Numbered from the stretch's first letter, positions 28,048 through 37,794 are shown. The stretch is 64,000 nt of DNA from Actinomycetota bacterium (GCA_012514635.1 JAAYZX010000004.1:42704-106703); one strand, 5' to 3'. The notes: generated by a model from the letters alone, not told the origin. Made by a program: numbers and translations.

Positions 28048-29361
28048 ATGCAGGACGGTTTATTAGGGTATCTGCTGCCGCGCTCATCCCGCTCCGCGCC
28101 TCCGCGCGTGGACATCGATGACACTACGTTGCGCGACGGCGAGCAGACCGCCGGTGTGGTATTTGCCAATGATGAGAAACTAAGAATAGCCAAGCTCCTG
28201 GACGAGGTTGGCGTGCATCAGATCGAGGCGGGCATCCCTACCATGGGCGGCGCGGAAAAAGAAGCCGTCGCTAAAATAGCGGCTCTGGATCTCAACTGCA
28301 GCATTCTCGCCTGGAACCGCGCAGTGGTGGACGATATCAAGGCTTCTCTTGAGTGCGGTGTGGATGCGGTTGCCGTATCGATGTCGTCCTCGGATATCCA
28401 TATAGAGCACAAGCTGCGCACCAATCGGGAGTGGGTGCTGGACAGTATCAAGACGGCCGTAGAGTTTGCCAAAAACCACAATCTCTACGTGTCCGTCAAC
28501 GCCGAGGACGCTTCTCGCACAGATATGGAGTTCCTGCTCACTTTTGCACGCACAGCTCGTGACGCCGGCGCGGATCGCCTGCGCTTCTGTGACACGCTGG
28601 GGATAATGGACCCCTTCAATACCTTCGTAAGGATCAAGACCATCATCGACGTTACCGGTATGGATGTCGAGATGCACACGCATAACGATTTCGGGATGGC
28701 CACTGCCAACGCCATCGCGGGCATCAAGGCGGGGGCGCGCTTCGTTAACACAACGGTGAATGGTCTGGGAGAGAGGGCCGGCAATGCCGCCCTCGAAGAG
28801 CTTGTGATGACCCTGAAGTACGTTGAAGGAATGGATCTTCGTCTCAACACGGGAAAATTCAGAGAGCTGTCGGAATACGTGGCCAATGCCTCGGGACGGC
28901 CTATCCCCACATGGAAGCCTATCGTGGGGGCCAACCTGTTCATCTATGAGTCATCGAGTCGCGTGGCGGGTGTCCTGGAGGATGCGGCAAGCTACGAAGT
29001 CTTTTCGCCTGAGGCGGTTGGTCTGAAGCGTCGTTTCGTCATGGGCAAGTACTCAGGTGTAGACTCTCTTAGAATCAAGCTGAGTGAGCACGGCATAACG
29101 GTGTCCGATGAAGAGGCGGCGGCTCTTGTCATGCGGCTCCGTTCGAAGGCGGTGAGCCTGAAACGGGCGCTCTTTGATGAAGAGATCTTGGATGTGTACC
29201 GGGCGGAGCGGGCGGAGCTCGGGGAGCAGGCGGCGGAAGCGGTCGCTGCGGACCTTGATCTCACCGCAGAGGCGGCGGCAGAGACGCTGGCCATTATTGA
29301 GGACCTCACAGGGGAGGTCTCGGCATCCGAGCTAACGGCAGACATGGGAGAGGAGGAGTGA
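28048..29361 (+). CDS. NifV/homocitrate-synthase-like (LeuA/CimA/HCS family, no LeuA-dimer regulatory domain) protein, copy 1, with a degenerate H-x-x-G-x-H motif
   Basis: [52 protein letters not shown] and [10 protein letters not shown] are present. Where family members carry FAHESGIH, it reads FIYESSSR (28945-28962). Acidic Ala/Glu-rich C-terminal tail. GAGGAG upstream of the ATG. Confidence 0.8.
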   Translation: MQDGLLGYLLPRSSRSAPPRVDIDDTTLRDGEQTAGVVFANDEKLRIAKLLDEVGVHQIEAGIPTMGGAEKEAVAKIAALDLNCSILAWNRAVVDDIKASLECGVDAVAVSMSSSDIHIEHKLRTNREWVLDSIKTAVEFAKNHNLYVSVNAEDASRTDMEFLLTFARTARDAGADRLRFCDTLGIMDPFNTFVRIKTIIDVTGMDVEMHTHNDFGMATANAIAGIKAGARFVNTTVNGLGERAGNAALEELVMTLKYVEGMDLRLNTGKFRELSEYVANASGRPIPTWKPIVGANLFIYESSSRVAGVLEDAASYEVFSPEAVGLKRRFVMGKYSGVDSLRIKLSEHGITVSDEEAAALVMRLRSKAVSLKRALFDEEILDVYRAERAELGEQAAEAVAADLDLTAEAAAETLAIIEDLTGEVSASELTADMGEEE

Positions 29362-29363
29362 CT

Positions 29364-30587
29364 ATGTCCAGATTGAGCAGGGCGGAGCCATTCGAGTCAC
29401 GCTTCCGTGAGGTTGGCCACCCCGTCTGTCTGGTGGACACCACCCTGCGCGATGGGGAACAGAATGCGGGTGTAGTATTCGCCAATCAGGAGAAGGTGAG
29501 GATCGCGCACCTGTTGGCGGAAATAGGGGTCAAGGAGATTGAGGCCGGTACACCGTCTCTGTGTCCGGAGGAGAGGGAGGCTCTCCGTCAGATCGCGGGC
29601 CTCGATTTGGGATCGCGCATATTGGCATACTGTCGCGCGGTTCCTGAGGATATCGACATGGCTGCCGACTGCGGTGTCGATGCTGCAGTTATTTGGACGA
29701 GTTTGTCCGGTTTCCCACCGTCCGTGTTTGCTTCGGGTGGCAAGGAGAGGGCTCTGGAGCATGTCGCAGCGGCTGCGGATCGAGCAGCCTCTCTCAAGCT
29801 GCCGTTCATTATCTGCGCCGAAGATGCCAGCCGCACGCGCAACGACCTGATCCTGTCGTTGGCGGTCAAGGCTCGGGAATGGGGCGCGGAGCGGTTCCGC
29901 TACTGCGATACACTCAGTGTGATCAGTCCCTTCACAGCGTTTCAGCGCGTCCAGCTGATACTGGAGACTGCCGATATTGATGTGGAGATCCACTGTCACA
30001 ACGATTTCGGTATGGCCACCGCCAATGCGTTGGCGGGCACTAAAGCCGGTGCTCGGTACGTGACCGTATCCGTAAACGGTTTGGGTGAGCGCACCGGTAA
30101 TCCGGCGCTGGAGGAGGTGGTTATGGCTCTAAAATACCTAGAGGGTATAGATCTGGGATTTGACACCGGTCGCTTTCGCGAGGTATCCGAGTATGTAGCC
30201 GGAGCTTCGAGCCGCGCTATACCCATCTGGAAGGCCATCGTAGGGGAGAACGTCTTCGCACACGAATCAGGAATTCATGCGGATGGTGTCATCAAGAATC
30301 CTTTGACGTATGAGGTCTTCAGCCCGGACGAGGTGGGACTCACGCGACAGCTCGTGGTGGGGAAGCACTCGGGCAGTCGCACTATCCAGCATAAGTTTCT
30401 GGAGTTTGGTATAGATTTGACGGATCATGAGGTGGATTTGATACTGGCGCAGGCGCGGCAGATGGCAGTCGAGCTTAAACGTGCCCTCTTCGACAAAGAA
30501 CTTATGTATATCTACCAAGATTTTCTGCGAGACAACGAGGAGCGAAAGGCTGCGGCCGGGGTGGGCGTCATGAACGAGGAACCCTGA
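29364..30587 (+). CDS. NifV/homocitrate-synthase-like (LeuA/CimA/HCS family, short form) protein, copy 2
   Basis: [51 protein letters not shown] and an intact [20 protein letters not shown] lies upstream of ATG 29364 (track start GTG 29358 overlaps the copy-1 stop). Confidence 0.85.
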   Translation: MSRLSRAEPFESRFREVGHPVCLVDTTLRDGEQNAGVVFANQEKVRIAHLLAEIGVKEIEAGTPSLCPEEREALRQIAGLDLGSRILAYCRAVPEDIDMAADCGVDAAVIWTSLSGFPPSVFASGGKERALEHVAAAADRAASLKLPFIICAEDASRTRNDLILSLAVKAREWGAERFRYCDTLSVISPFTAFQRVQLILETADIDVEIHCHNDFGMATANALAGTKAGARYVTVSVNGLGERTGNPALEEVVMALKYLEGIDLGFDTGRFREVSEYVAGASSRAIPIWKAIVGENVFAHESGIHADGVIKNPLTYEVFSPDEVGLTRQLVVGKHSGSRTIQHKFLEFGIDLTDHEVDLILAQARQMAVELKRALFDKELMYIYQDFLRDNEERKAAAGVGVMNEEP

Positions 30588-30599
30588 CTTGCGGGGGAC

Positions 30600-31793
30600 G
30601 TGCAGCTCGTGGTATCGACACAGCGTGTCCCCAAGACACTGTTTATCACCAATGACTTCCCTCCTCGTATCGGCGGGTTCCAGTCGTACTACTGGGGCTT
30701 GGTACAGTCTCTTGCACCGGATGAAATAACTATCATGGCGCCGGCCCATCCCCGGGCCGCGGATTTCGACAAGGCACAGCCGTACCGCATTGTTCGCACG
30801 CGGGAACCGGTGGTATGGCCCTCCCCGGCCAACCTGCGTTTGGCGGAACGGTTGGTAGAGGAGTGTGGATCGGAACTCGTGCAGCTGGGGCATCCCTTGC
30901 CGGCGGGGCTTCTCGGCCCTATGCTGAAACGGAGGCGGGATCTTCCGTATGTGGTGATGCTGGGAGGGGCCGAGGTGACACTGCCGGCCGTGTGGCCCCT
31001 TGGCGGACAGCTGATGAGGTTTGTCATGAACCGAGCGTCGCTATTCATTGCCGTGAGCGACTATACGGCCGCGGCTGCTGAGCGTCTGGTGGCCGGCAGA
31101 GTGCGGGCGCGAACCCTCCGGCCCGCTCTTGATCTTGCGGCATTCCCGATTACGTCGGATGAAGAGCGCTTCAGAGCCCGGAATGATTTGGGTATCAGGG
31201 GACCCTTAGTTGTCTGCGTGGGACGCTTGGTTCCCCGCAAGGGTCAGGATATGCTGGTGGAGGCGGTGGGCCTGTTGTCGGCCGAATTTGCCGACATAGA
31301 ACTGGCCCTGGTTGGGCATGGGCGTCTTGGATATCGCTTGGAGCAAAGGGCGCAGGCTAAGGGTCTAGGGGATAGGGTTCACTTACCGGGGGCTTTGCCG
31401 ACACAAGAGGTGCGCCGTTGGCTTGCGGCGGCAGATGTGTTCGCTTCGCCCTGCCGGGTACGATGGGGCGGCCTGGAAGTGGAAGGATTCGGCATCGTCT
31501 TCGTAGAAGCGGCGCTGACCGGCCTACCGGTGCTGGCCGGCCGGTCGGGCGGGTCGGTGGAGGCGGTCATGTCGGGCGACACAGGGGTGGTAGTGGACGG
31601 GCGCTCTGCGAATGAGGTGGCGGCGGGATTGGGGCGCCTGCTGCGCGCACCCCAATCCCGCCGCCACGCTCTCGGCGCCGCCGGCCGCCGTTTGGCGGCG
31701 CGGCGCCACCATCCGGACGTAGTGGGCCGACGGTATCGGGAACTGCTCAACCTGGCCGTAGAGGAGACACCTGCGAGAGGGCTACGTGACTGA
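30600..31793 (+). CDS. GT4-family glycosyltransferase (PimB-like mannosyltransferase type)
   Basis: N-terminal LFITNDFPPRIGGFQSYYWGL (the TNDFPPR-x-GG-x-Q signature I associate with actinobacterial PIM-type GT4s). C-terminal EGFGIVFVEAALTGLPVLAGRSGG (E-x7-E region). Confidence 0.75.
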   Translation: MQLVVSTQRVPKTLFITNDFPPRIGGFQSYYWGLVQSLAPDEITIMAPAHPRAADFDKAQPYRIVRTREPVVWPSPANLRLAERLVEECGSELVQLGHPLPAGLLGPMLKRRRDLPYVVMLGGAEVTLPAVWPLGGQLMRFVMNRASLFIAVSDYTAAAAERLVAGRVRARTLRPALDLAAFPITSDEERFRARNDLGIRGPLVVCVGRLVPRKGQDMLVEAVGLLSAEFADIELALVGHGRLGYRLEQRAQAKGLGDRVHLPGALPTQEVRRWLAAADVFASPCRVRWGGLEVEGFGIVFVEAALTGLPVLAGRSGGSVEAVMSGDTGVVVDGRSANEVAAGLGRLLRAPQSRRHALGAAGRRLAARRHHPDVVGRRYRELLNLAVEETPARGLRD

Positions 31794-32883
31794 AGTCAAC
31801 GGAAAGAACGACGTAATTCGGTACGACCAGCCGGATTTACCGACGATGAGCGCGGGGCCGGTTGGAGCAACTGAGTCAACAGTCGACGAAGAGGTGGATG
31901 CCGAGGCCGACGTCGCTGAGGCCAAGCGTAAGAGTGCGCTCAGCTGGCCACGGTTGATCATCAGCATGGCTGCGGGGCTGGCTATTGGCGTGGCGATAAT
32001 TCTGTTTGTCAGCCCTCCTGTAGAGCAAGATATCGAGCAGGTGGTCCTGGCTACCCGTGCCCCTGTTTATCTCATAATCGCCGTGCTGGCTACGTTTGTG
32101 CTTCTGGCGGCAGACGCCTGGTCGCTGGTTGTTCTTGTGCGGGTGATCCGGCCGGAAGTGGTGTGGTGGCGGGTGTTCGGTGTGACTTTGGAAGCAAACC
32201 TTGTGGGCGGAGCCACCTCGTTCGGCGGCATCGAAATCCCCTATCAAATAGTGGCGTTACGAATGTTGGGTCTCAGATTATCTGAGGCAACCTCGGCGGT
32301 TATGGTCAAAGGGGTGATGCATACCTCCGTACTGGTAGTGGCGGCCCTCATGGCGTTCATACCGATCAGTGGTTCGCCGATCACACCGTTACAGCGCTGG
32401 ATCCTGCTGGGCGTGCTGGGCTCTCTGCTCGTGCTGTGGGTCGTTGGAACGCTATGGACACGCAAACCGCTGGGACTCTCATTATTGCCTGAGCCCATAC
32501 GCAGACGGGTGCGCTCCTTTGTGGAAGCGCTGTCTGTATTCAGAACTGCGGGCTGGGACGTGATGTTGAAAATGATCGGTCTTGTGTTCATCTACTGGGT
32601 GGGCATGTTCTCTTTGATTCCGCTCATTCTGCTTGCTCTTGGTTACCGGGGGGCCTTGCTGCCCATTATCGTGGGGCAGGCTGTGCTTCAGGTGCTGATG
32701 CCTCTGTCGCCGCTGCCGGGTGGCGCGGGTGTGGCCGAATTTGGCTATCTGGAGTTGATTGGTCCATCTACGCCGGGTAGTATTCGTGTAGCCAGTTTGA
32801 TCTTGTGGCGCATACTCACTTGGATTCTGCCGGTTGCCCTAGGTGGTCTGGCCATGGGCCTGCGGGGGATCAAGCAGAAGTGA
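31786..32883 (+). CDS. LPG_synthase_TM / UPF0104 flippase-like integral membrane protein
   Basis: Multi-TM protein with the characteristic C-terminal PLSPLPGGAGVAEFGY motif. It overlaps the upstream GT4 gene by 8 nt. Confidence 0.65.
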   Translation: MTEVNGKNDVIRYDQPDLPTMSAGPVGATESTVDEEVDAEADVAEAKRKSALSWPRLIISMAAGLAIGVAIILFVSPPVEQDIEQVVLATRAPVYLIIAVLATFVLLAADAWSLVVLVRVIRPEVVWWRVFGVTLEANLVGGATSFGGIEIPYQIVALRMLGLRLSEATSAVMVKGVMHTSVLVVAALMAFIPISGSPITPLQRWILLGVLGSLLVLWVVGTLWTRKPLGLSLLPEPIRRRVRSFVEALSVFRTAGWDVMLKMIGLVFIYWVGMFSLIPLILLALGYRGALLPIIVGQAVLQVLMPLSPLPGGAGVAEFGYLELIGPSTPGSIRVASLILWRILTWILPVALGGLAMGLRGIKQK

Positions 32884-32918
32884 GTGACCGGGAGCGGAGG
32901 AGTCGTACGAGCCATCGT

Positions 32919-33518
32919 TTGGTCGCAGTGGCGGCAATTTGCGCTGCATTTGCGCTGGGATGTTTTCCCAGTGCCGGGCTGGTTTCCCGGTTTTGTGGAG
33001 GTAGATCCATCACCGAGCTGGGCAACGGCAATCCAGGCGCAGCAAATGTGCGGCGACACCTAGGGATGCGGGCGGCACTGCTGGTGGGAGCCTTGGATAT
33101 ATTCAAGGGGTGGCTTCCTGCGCGATTGGGACGTTGGAGTGGTGCTTCCGATTCGCTGGTAGGCCCTTTGGCCATGGCACCTATTGCGGGCCATATCTTG
33201 GTTTTAGGGGGCAGGGGTGCCGCAGCGGCGGTGGGGGCGGCCAGTGCCTACGACCCTTCGGCCATGGCAATCACAGGAGCCGGTATCATTTGGGGGAGCA
33301 AGAAATATGAGCATGCGCCGGCGGTGATGGCGGGCGGATTCGCCTATCCCGCGATACAATGGATACTTGGGTGCTCCCGTGAACATGTGGCGTGGGGCGC
33401 AGGTATCATCGCGCTGCTGAGCGCCGGGCGTCTCAAAGGACCTCGTCGGGGAGCAAGGCCTCTATCCGGGCGGGTTCTTTGGGAGAGACTCTGGTTCGAT
33501 AGAGAGCCGGCTGACTAA
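32919..33518 (+). CDS. PlsY-like acyl-phosphate:glycerol-3-phosphate acyltransferase family protein
   Basis: GNGNPGAANVRRHLG (compare GSGN-x-GATN), DIFKGWLP, and PIAGHILVLGGRGAAAAVGAA (compare H..P.F..GGKGVAT). Start is uncertain: TTG 32919 or GTG 32928 fits the first TM helix. The track ATG 32805 lies inside the previous gene. Confidence 0.6.
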   Translation: MVAVAAICAAFALGCFPSAGLVSRFCGGRSITELGNGNPGAANVRRHLGMRAALLVGALDIFKGWLPARLGRWSGASDSLVGPLAMAPIAGHILVLGGRGAAAAVGAASAYDPSAMAITGAGIIWGSKKYEHAPAVMAGGFAYPAIQWILGCSREHVAWGAGIIALLSAGRLKGPRRGARPLSGRVLWERLWFDREPAD

Positions 33519-33534
33519 TTAAGGAGGAAGGGCG

Positions 33535-34671
33535 GTGCGGATAGGTCTTGTCACCCCCTATTCCTGGACCGTTCCCGGCGGTGTCAACGATCACATCGCC
33601 AACCTCGCGTACCAACTTGAGTCTCGCGGGCATGAACCGTGGATTTTGGGTCCGGTGGGCGGTCCCGGACGTTCGCAGCAGCGTCTTCCCGAGCGCTTCA
33701 TCCCGGTGGGTTCTGCGGTACCGTTCCCCTCTAACGGTTCCAAAGCCTACGTCAATACCAATGTCTGGATGTTCAAGCGCATGGAACGGATCCTTGCCAA
33801 CAATCAATTCGATGTTCTCCATTGTCACGAACCGTGCACTCCATCCGTGGCTGCGTGCACGGTGTTGCGGCGCAATGCTCCCGTTGTGGGAACGTTTCAT
33901 GCAGCGCTGGACGACTCCATTCTCTATCGATATCTGCACGTGTGGGCGCGCAAGATCATCGATGCTTTGGCGGTGAAGATCGCTGTGTCGGAGGCGGCCA
34001 AGGAGTATGTGGCGGCTCGTTTCGGGGGCACCTATCGCATTATACCCAACGGGGTACCTGTAGATCTTTACGAGATGGCGCGTGAGGGCGAACGCATCCC
34101 GGGTCGGATTCTTTTCATAGGGCGCGCTGAGCCGCGCAAAGGGTTGTTGGTGTTGTTGCGGGCCTTCGCCCAGCTGCGGTTGCAGAGGCCCGACGCCACG
34201 TTGGTGCTGGTGGGTCCACGTTGGTCACAGGTGCATGGACTTGTGGAGAGGTCGGATAGTGGGTTGACGTGGCCTATCCCGGGTATCGCGGCGCTGGGAC
34301 GTGTGTCTCACGAAGTCAAGGTGGAGGAGATGGGGTCTGCTGAAATCCTTTGTGTTCCGTCACTCCAGGGTGAAAGCTTTGGGATAGTGTTGGCAGAAGG
34401 GCTGGCAGCGGGCCTGCCTGTTGTGGCGTCGGATCTACCCGGATACCGTTCTGTGCTGAAAGATGGTCGGGTGGGCGTGCTGGTTCCACCGCGTGACCAT
34501 GTTGCACTGGCGACCACGTTGTTGGAGACTTTGGCAGATACGGACGGGCGCGCCACGCTGACCGCAAATGGGATAGAGGCGGCAGAGGAGCTGGCGTGGG
34601 AGCGGGTCGCAGCTCGGGTGATGGAGACGTACCAGGAAGCAGTTGAGATAGGAGTGGGTGCCGTGTCTTGA
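33535..34671 (+). CDS. pimA: GT4 glycosyltransferase, PimA-like (phosphatidylinositol alpha-mannosyltransferase type)
   Basis: MRIGLVTPYSWTVPGGVNDHIANLAYQLESRGHE and ESFGIVLAEGLAAGLPVVASDLPGYRSVLKDGRVGVLVPPRD closely parallel my recollection of mycobacterial PimA (MRIGMVCPYSFDVPGGVQSHV.., EGFGIVLVEAMAAG..VVASDL). AAGGAGG upstream of GTG 33535. Confidence 0.7.
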   Translation: MRIGLVTPYSWTVPGGVNDHIANLAYQLESRGHEPWILGPVGGPGRSQQRLPERFIPVGSAVPFPSNGSKAYVNTNVWMFKRMERILANNQFDVLHCHEPCTPSVAACTVLRRNAPVVGTFHAALDDSILYRYLHVWARKIIDALAVKIAVSEAAKEYVAARFGGTYRIIPNGVPVDLYEMAREGERIPGRILFIGRAEPRKGLLVLLRAFAQLRLQRPDATLVLVGPRWSQVHGLVERSDSGLTWPIPGIAALGRVSHEVKVEEMGSAEILCVPSLQGESFGIVLAEGLAAGLPVVASDLPGYRSVLKDGRVGVLVPPRDHVALATTLLETLADTDGRATLTANGIEAAEELAWERVAARVMETYQEAVEIGVGAVS

Positions 34672-34700
34672 GGGCCCCAAGGACGGAAGGAGGGTGGCGG

Positions 34701-34904
34701 GTGCGCTCGCTGGTTATTTATTTTACGGGTGGCACAGAGGCCACCATCAACACTGATCAGGAGCCGGAACAGGTGTTTGCGGCGCTGACGGCACCTGGGG
34801 AATGGCTGGTAGTGACCGATGTTGTGGGAGAATTGCATTACCTGGCCAAGTCAAAGATCAGCTATCTGACATTTGGTAGCAAGAAGGGTATCGGTTTCGC
34901 CTAG
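34701..34904 (+). CDS. Small hypothetical protein (67 aa)
   Basis: GGAAGGAGGG upstream of GTG 34701. VRSLVIYFTGGTEATINTDQEPEQVFAALTAPGEWLVVTDVVGELHYLAKSKISYLTFGSKKGIGFA. No family recognised. Confidence 0.45.
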   Translation: MRSLVIYFTGGTEATINTDQEPEQVFAALTAPGEWLVVTDVVGELHYLAKSKISYLTFGSKKGIGFA

Positions 34905-34928
34905 GCATGCAGAGGAGGAAGAGCGCGC

Positions 34929-35945
34929 ATGATGTATAGGGTCACCTGCATACCGGGAGATGGTACCGGCCCGGAGCTTATGACGGCTGCCAAGGTAGCC
35001 GTAGAAGCTACGGGAGTGGCCATTGATTGGATGGATGTGGAGGCGGGCACCGACGTGATGGAGAAGTACGGCACGCCCTTACCCCCGCAGGTTATCGAGT
35101 CCATCCGGTCTACGCGTGTGGCCATCAAGGGCCCCATCACAACGCCTGTGGGCTCCGGATTTCGAAGTGTGAATGTTGCCCTGCGCAAGGAGCTAGACCT
35201 CTACGCGAACCTGAGACCTACCGTGAGTATCCCGGGTGTGCGTTCGCGATATGAGGATGTGGATCTGGTCGTCGTGCGGGAGAACACCGAAGATCTGTAT
35301 GCAGGTGTTGAGCACATGGTGTGTAGGGATGCCGCGGAGTCCATCAAGATCATCACGCGGTCGGCTTCGGAGCGGATCTGTCGGTTCGCGTTCAATTACG
35401 CGCGTGACAATGGGCGTCGCAAGGTGACCACTGTGCATAAGGCCAACATCATGAAGTGTACGGACGGCCTTTTTTTGGAAGTAGCGCGCGATGTGGCCAA
35501 GGACTATCCGGACATAGAATCCGAAGACCGCATCGTCGACAACATGTGTATGCAACTGGTCCAGAAGCCCGAGCTGTACGATGTCCTGGTATGCCCCAAC
35601 CTCTACGGTGACATCATAAGTGATGTGTGCGCCGGCTTGGTGGGAGGGCTGGGAGTGGCACCGGGCGCCAATCTGGGCGACGAAATCGCGCTTTTTGAGC
35701 CGGTACACGGCTCGGCTCCCAAGTATGCCGGACAGGACAAAGTCAACCCTACGGCGCTCATCATGTCGGCCGTACTCATGCTGCGTTACTTGGATGAAAA
35801 GCGGGCGGCCGAAGCTTTGTTGGCCGCCGTCAAAGATGTAATAGTTGCAGGTAGGCATGTCACTTACGATCTGGGCGGGAGCGCGGGCACACAGGAGATG
35901 GGTCGCGCTGTAGCGGAACGGACACGAGAACTGCTGGGGGGATGA
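34929..35945 (+). CDS. Isocitrate / homoisocitrate dehydrogenase (NAD-IDH-like member of the isocitrate-isopropylmalate dehydrogenase family)
   Basis: [62 protein letters not shown], and [18 protein letters not shown]. Substrate specificity cannot be decided by eye. Confidence 0.85.
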   Translation: MMYRVTCIPGDGTGPELMTAAKVAVEATGVAIDWMDVEAGTDVMEKYGTPLPPQVIESIRSTRVAIKGPITTPVGSGFRSVNVALRKELDLYANLRPTVSIPGVRSRYEDVDLVVVRENTEDLYAGVEHMVCRDAAESIKIITRSASERICRFAFNYARDNGRRKVTTVHKANIMKCTDGLFLEVARDVAKDYPDIESEDRIVDNMCMQLVQKPELYDVLVCPNLYGDIISDVCAGLVGGLGVAPGANLGDEIALFEPVHGSAPKYAGQDKVNPTALIMSAVLMLRYLDEKRAAEALLAAVKDVIVAGRHVTYDLGGSAGTQEMGRAVAERTRELLGG

Positions 35946-36073
35946 CAGCGAGGTCGCATCTATCCTAAGATGTATCTGCGGCCTGTCTGGGGCTCGTTCG
36001 TAGCAGTCGTGCGGGTTTCGGTATAAACTGCATATCTATTCCACAATCACAAGCGGGGAGTCGCTACCCTAAT

Positions 36074-37768
36074 ATGGAGAAACGGAGTCAGCAGGTGTGG
36101 GAGGGGCCGGCCAGGGCGCCCCATCGGTCGTTGTTGCGGGCGCTTGGTTTGGGGCCGGATGATGCCGGAAGGCCGCTCATTGGAGTGGCCAACTCTTACA
36201 ACGAACTGATCCCCGGGCACATACACCTCCGAGCCATAGCAGAGCAGGTGAAGTTTGGTGTGTGGCAGGCCGGTGGTGTTCCGCTCGAGTTCAACACCAT
36301 TGGCGTGTGTGACGGCATTGCCATGAATCACACGGGCATGAACTACTCGCTGGTGTCGCGAGAGAATATTGCCGACGCGCTTGAGATCATGATCCAAGGC
36401 CACGCTCTTGATGGGCTGGTGCTGATTCCGAACTGTGACAAGATCGTGCCGGGCATGGTTATGGCTGTCGCTCGGCTGGATGTTCCCGCGGTGGTTGTCT
36501 CCGGCGGTCCCATGTTGGCGGGAGATTTTCGGGGACAGAAGGTGTCGTTGGTCAACGTGTTCGAAGCGGTGGGCGCGTATTACAGTGGCGTCATAGATGA
36601 GGCTGAGTTGGAGGAGATGGAAACGTGCGCGTGTCCCACATGTGGTTCGTGCGCCGGTCTCTTCACGGCTAATTCCATGAGTTGCCTGACAGAAGTATTG
36701 GGCCTTGCCCTCCCTGGTGACGCCACCATTCCTGCTCCTTATTCTGCCCGTTTGGCTTTGGCGCGGGCGACGGGGGCCAGGGCTGTGGCCGTGACGCGGG
36801 AAGGTTGGGGGGCACGACGCTTTCTTTCGCCTGCCTCGTTTCGAAATGCGCTGGCGCTCGATGCAGCCCTGGGTTGTTCAACCAACACCGTGCTTCACCT
36901 GAAGGCCATAGCCAATGAAGCTGAGGTCGATCTGCCGCTTGAGCAGTTCAATGAAATTTCAGGCAACACACCTCATCTGGTCAAGCTGTCTCCATCGGGC
37001 CCTGCCCACGTTGAGGATCTATACAGGGCAGGCGGCATTATGGGTGTGCTGAAACGTTTGGCGGAGCAAGGGCTTGTGCAGGGAGAAACCCCCACGGTGT
37101 CGGGGATGACGTTGCGCGAAGCTTATGAGTCCGCACAGATTGCGGATGACGAGGTTATTCGTTCGATTGCCAACCCCCATCACCCAACCGGCGGGCTGGC
37201 TGTTCTCTTTGGTAATCTCGCCCCCCGGGGGGCTGTGGTCAAGGAATCGGCGGTATTGCCGGAGATGATGCGTCACCGCGGTCCGGCCCAGGTGTTCGAT
37301 ACGGAGGCTGCCGCCATGGCGGCCGTTGAGGCGGGTGCCGTGCAGCCCGGCAATGTGGTGGTCATCCGCTATGTGGGTCCCAAGGGTGGACCCGGGATGC
37401 CGGAGATGCTGTCACCTACGTCGGCGTTGGCGGGCGCAGGTTTGGACACATCTGTGGCTCTCATCACAGACGGACGGTTCAGCGGTGCGTCGCGAGGAGC
37501 CAGCATCGGTCACGTAGCGCCTGAGGCAGTGGATGGTGGTCCTATCGCCCTGTTGCGCGATGGCGACATGGTAGTGATCGACATCCCCGGTCGACGCATT
37601 GACGTGGAACTTACAGAAGACGAGCTGACCCTAAGGAGGGCGGCCTGGCGTGTCCCGGAGCGGAAGTTCACGGGTGTGCTGGGCCGCTACGTAGCTCAGG
37701 TGCAGGGTGCGGAGACCGGTGCGATTTTGGGAGAGCCGCCGCTGGGCGGCGTCGGAATAGGCGCCTGA
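36074..37768 (+). CDS. ilvD: Dihydroxy-acid dehydratase
   Basis: Family hallmarks [44 protein letters not shown]. Confidence 0.95.
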   Translation: MEKRSQQVWEGPARAPHRSLLRALGLGPDDAGRPLIGVANSYNELIPGHIHLRAIAEQVKFGVWQAGGVPLEFNTIGVCDGIAMNHTGMNYSLVSRENIADALEIMIQGHALDGLVLIPNCDKIVPGMVMAVARLDVPAVVVSGGPMLAGDFRGQKVSLVNVFEAVGAYYSGVIDEAELEEMETCACPTCGSCAGLFTANSMSCLTEVLGLALPGDATIPAPYSARLALARATGARAVAVTREGWGARRFLSPASFRNALALDAALGCSTNTVLHLKAIANEAEVDLPLEQFNEISGNTPHLVKLSPSGPAHVEDLYRAGGIMGVLKRLAEQGLVQGETPTVSGMTLREAYESAQIADDEVIRSIANPHHPTGGLAVLFGNLAPRGAVVKESAVLPEMMRHRGPAQVFDTEAAAMAAVEAGAVQPGNVVVIRYVGPKGGPGMPEMLSPTSALAGAGLDTSVALITDGRFSGASRGASIGHVAPEAVDGGPIALLRDGDMVVIDIPGRRIDVELTEDELTLRRAAWRVPERKFTGVLGRYVAQVQGAETGAILGEPPLGGVGIGA

Positions 37769-37794
37769 GCCGGATTCTGATTCTAGAGCCATTA

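Noticed and set aside
28945-28962. The possibility that the missing HESGIH motif in NifV-like copy 1 is a local frameshift artefact.
   Set aside because: Codon-by-codon comparison with copy 2 shows same-length substitution (TAT GAG TCA TCG AGT CGC versus CAC GAA TCA GGA ATT CAT), with conserved sequence on both sides in the same frame.
37221-37234. Perfect 14-bp palindrome GCCCCCCGGGGGGC resembling the leu-leader motif.
   Set aside because: It lies inside ilvD coding sequence (..NLAPRGAVV..) and lacks the GCT core and flanking T/A of the leader motif. It is probably a coding coincidence.
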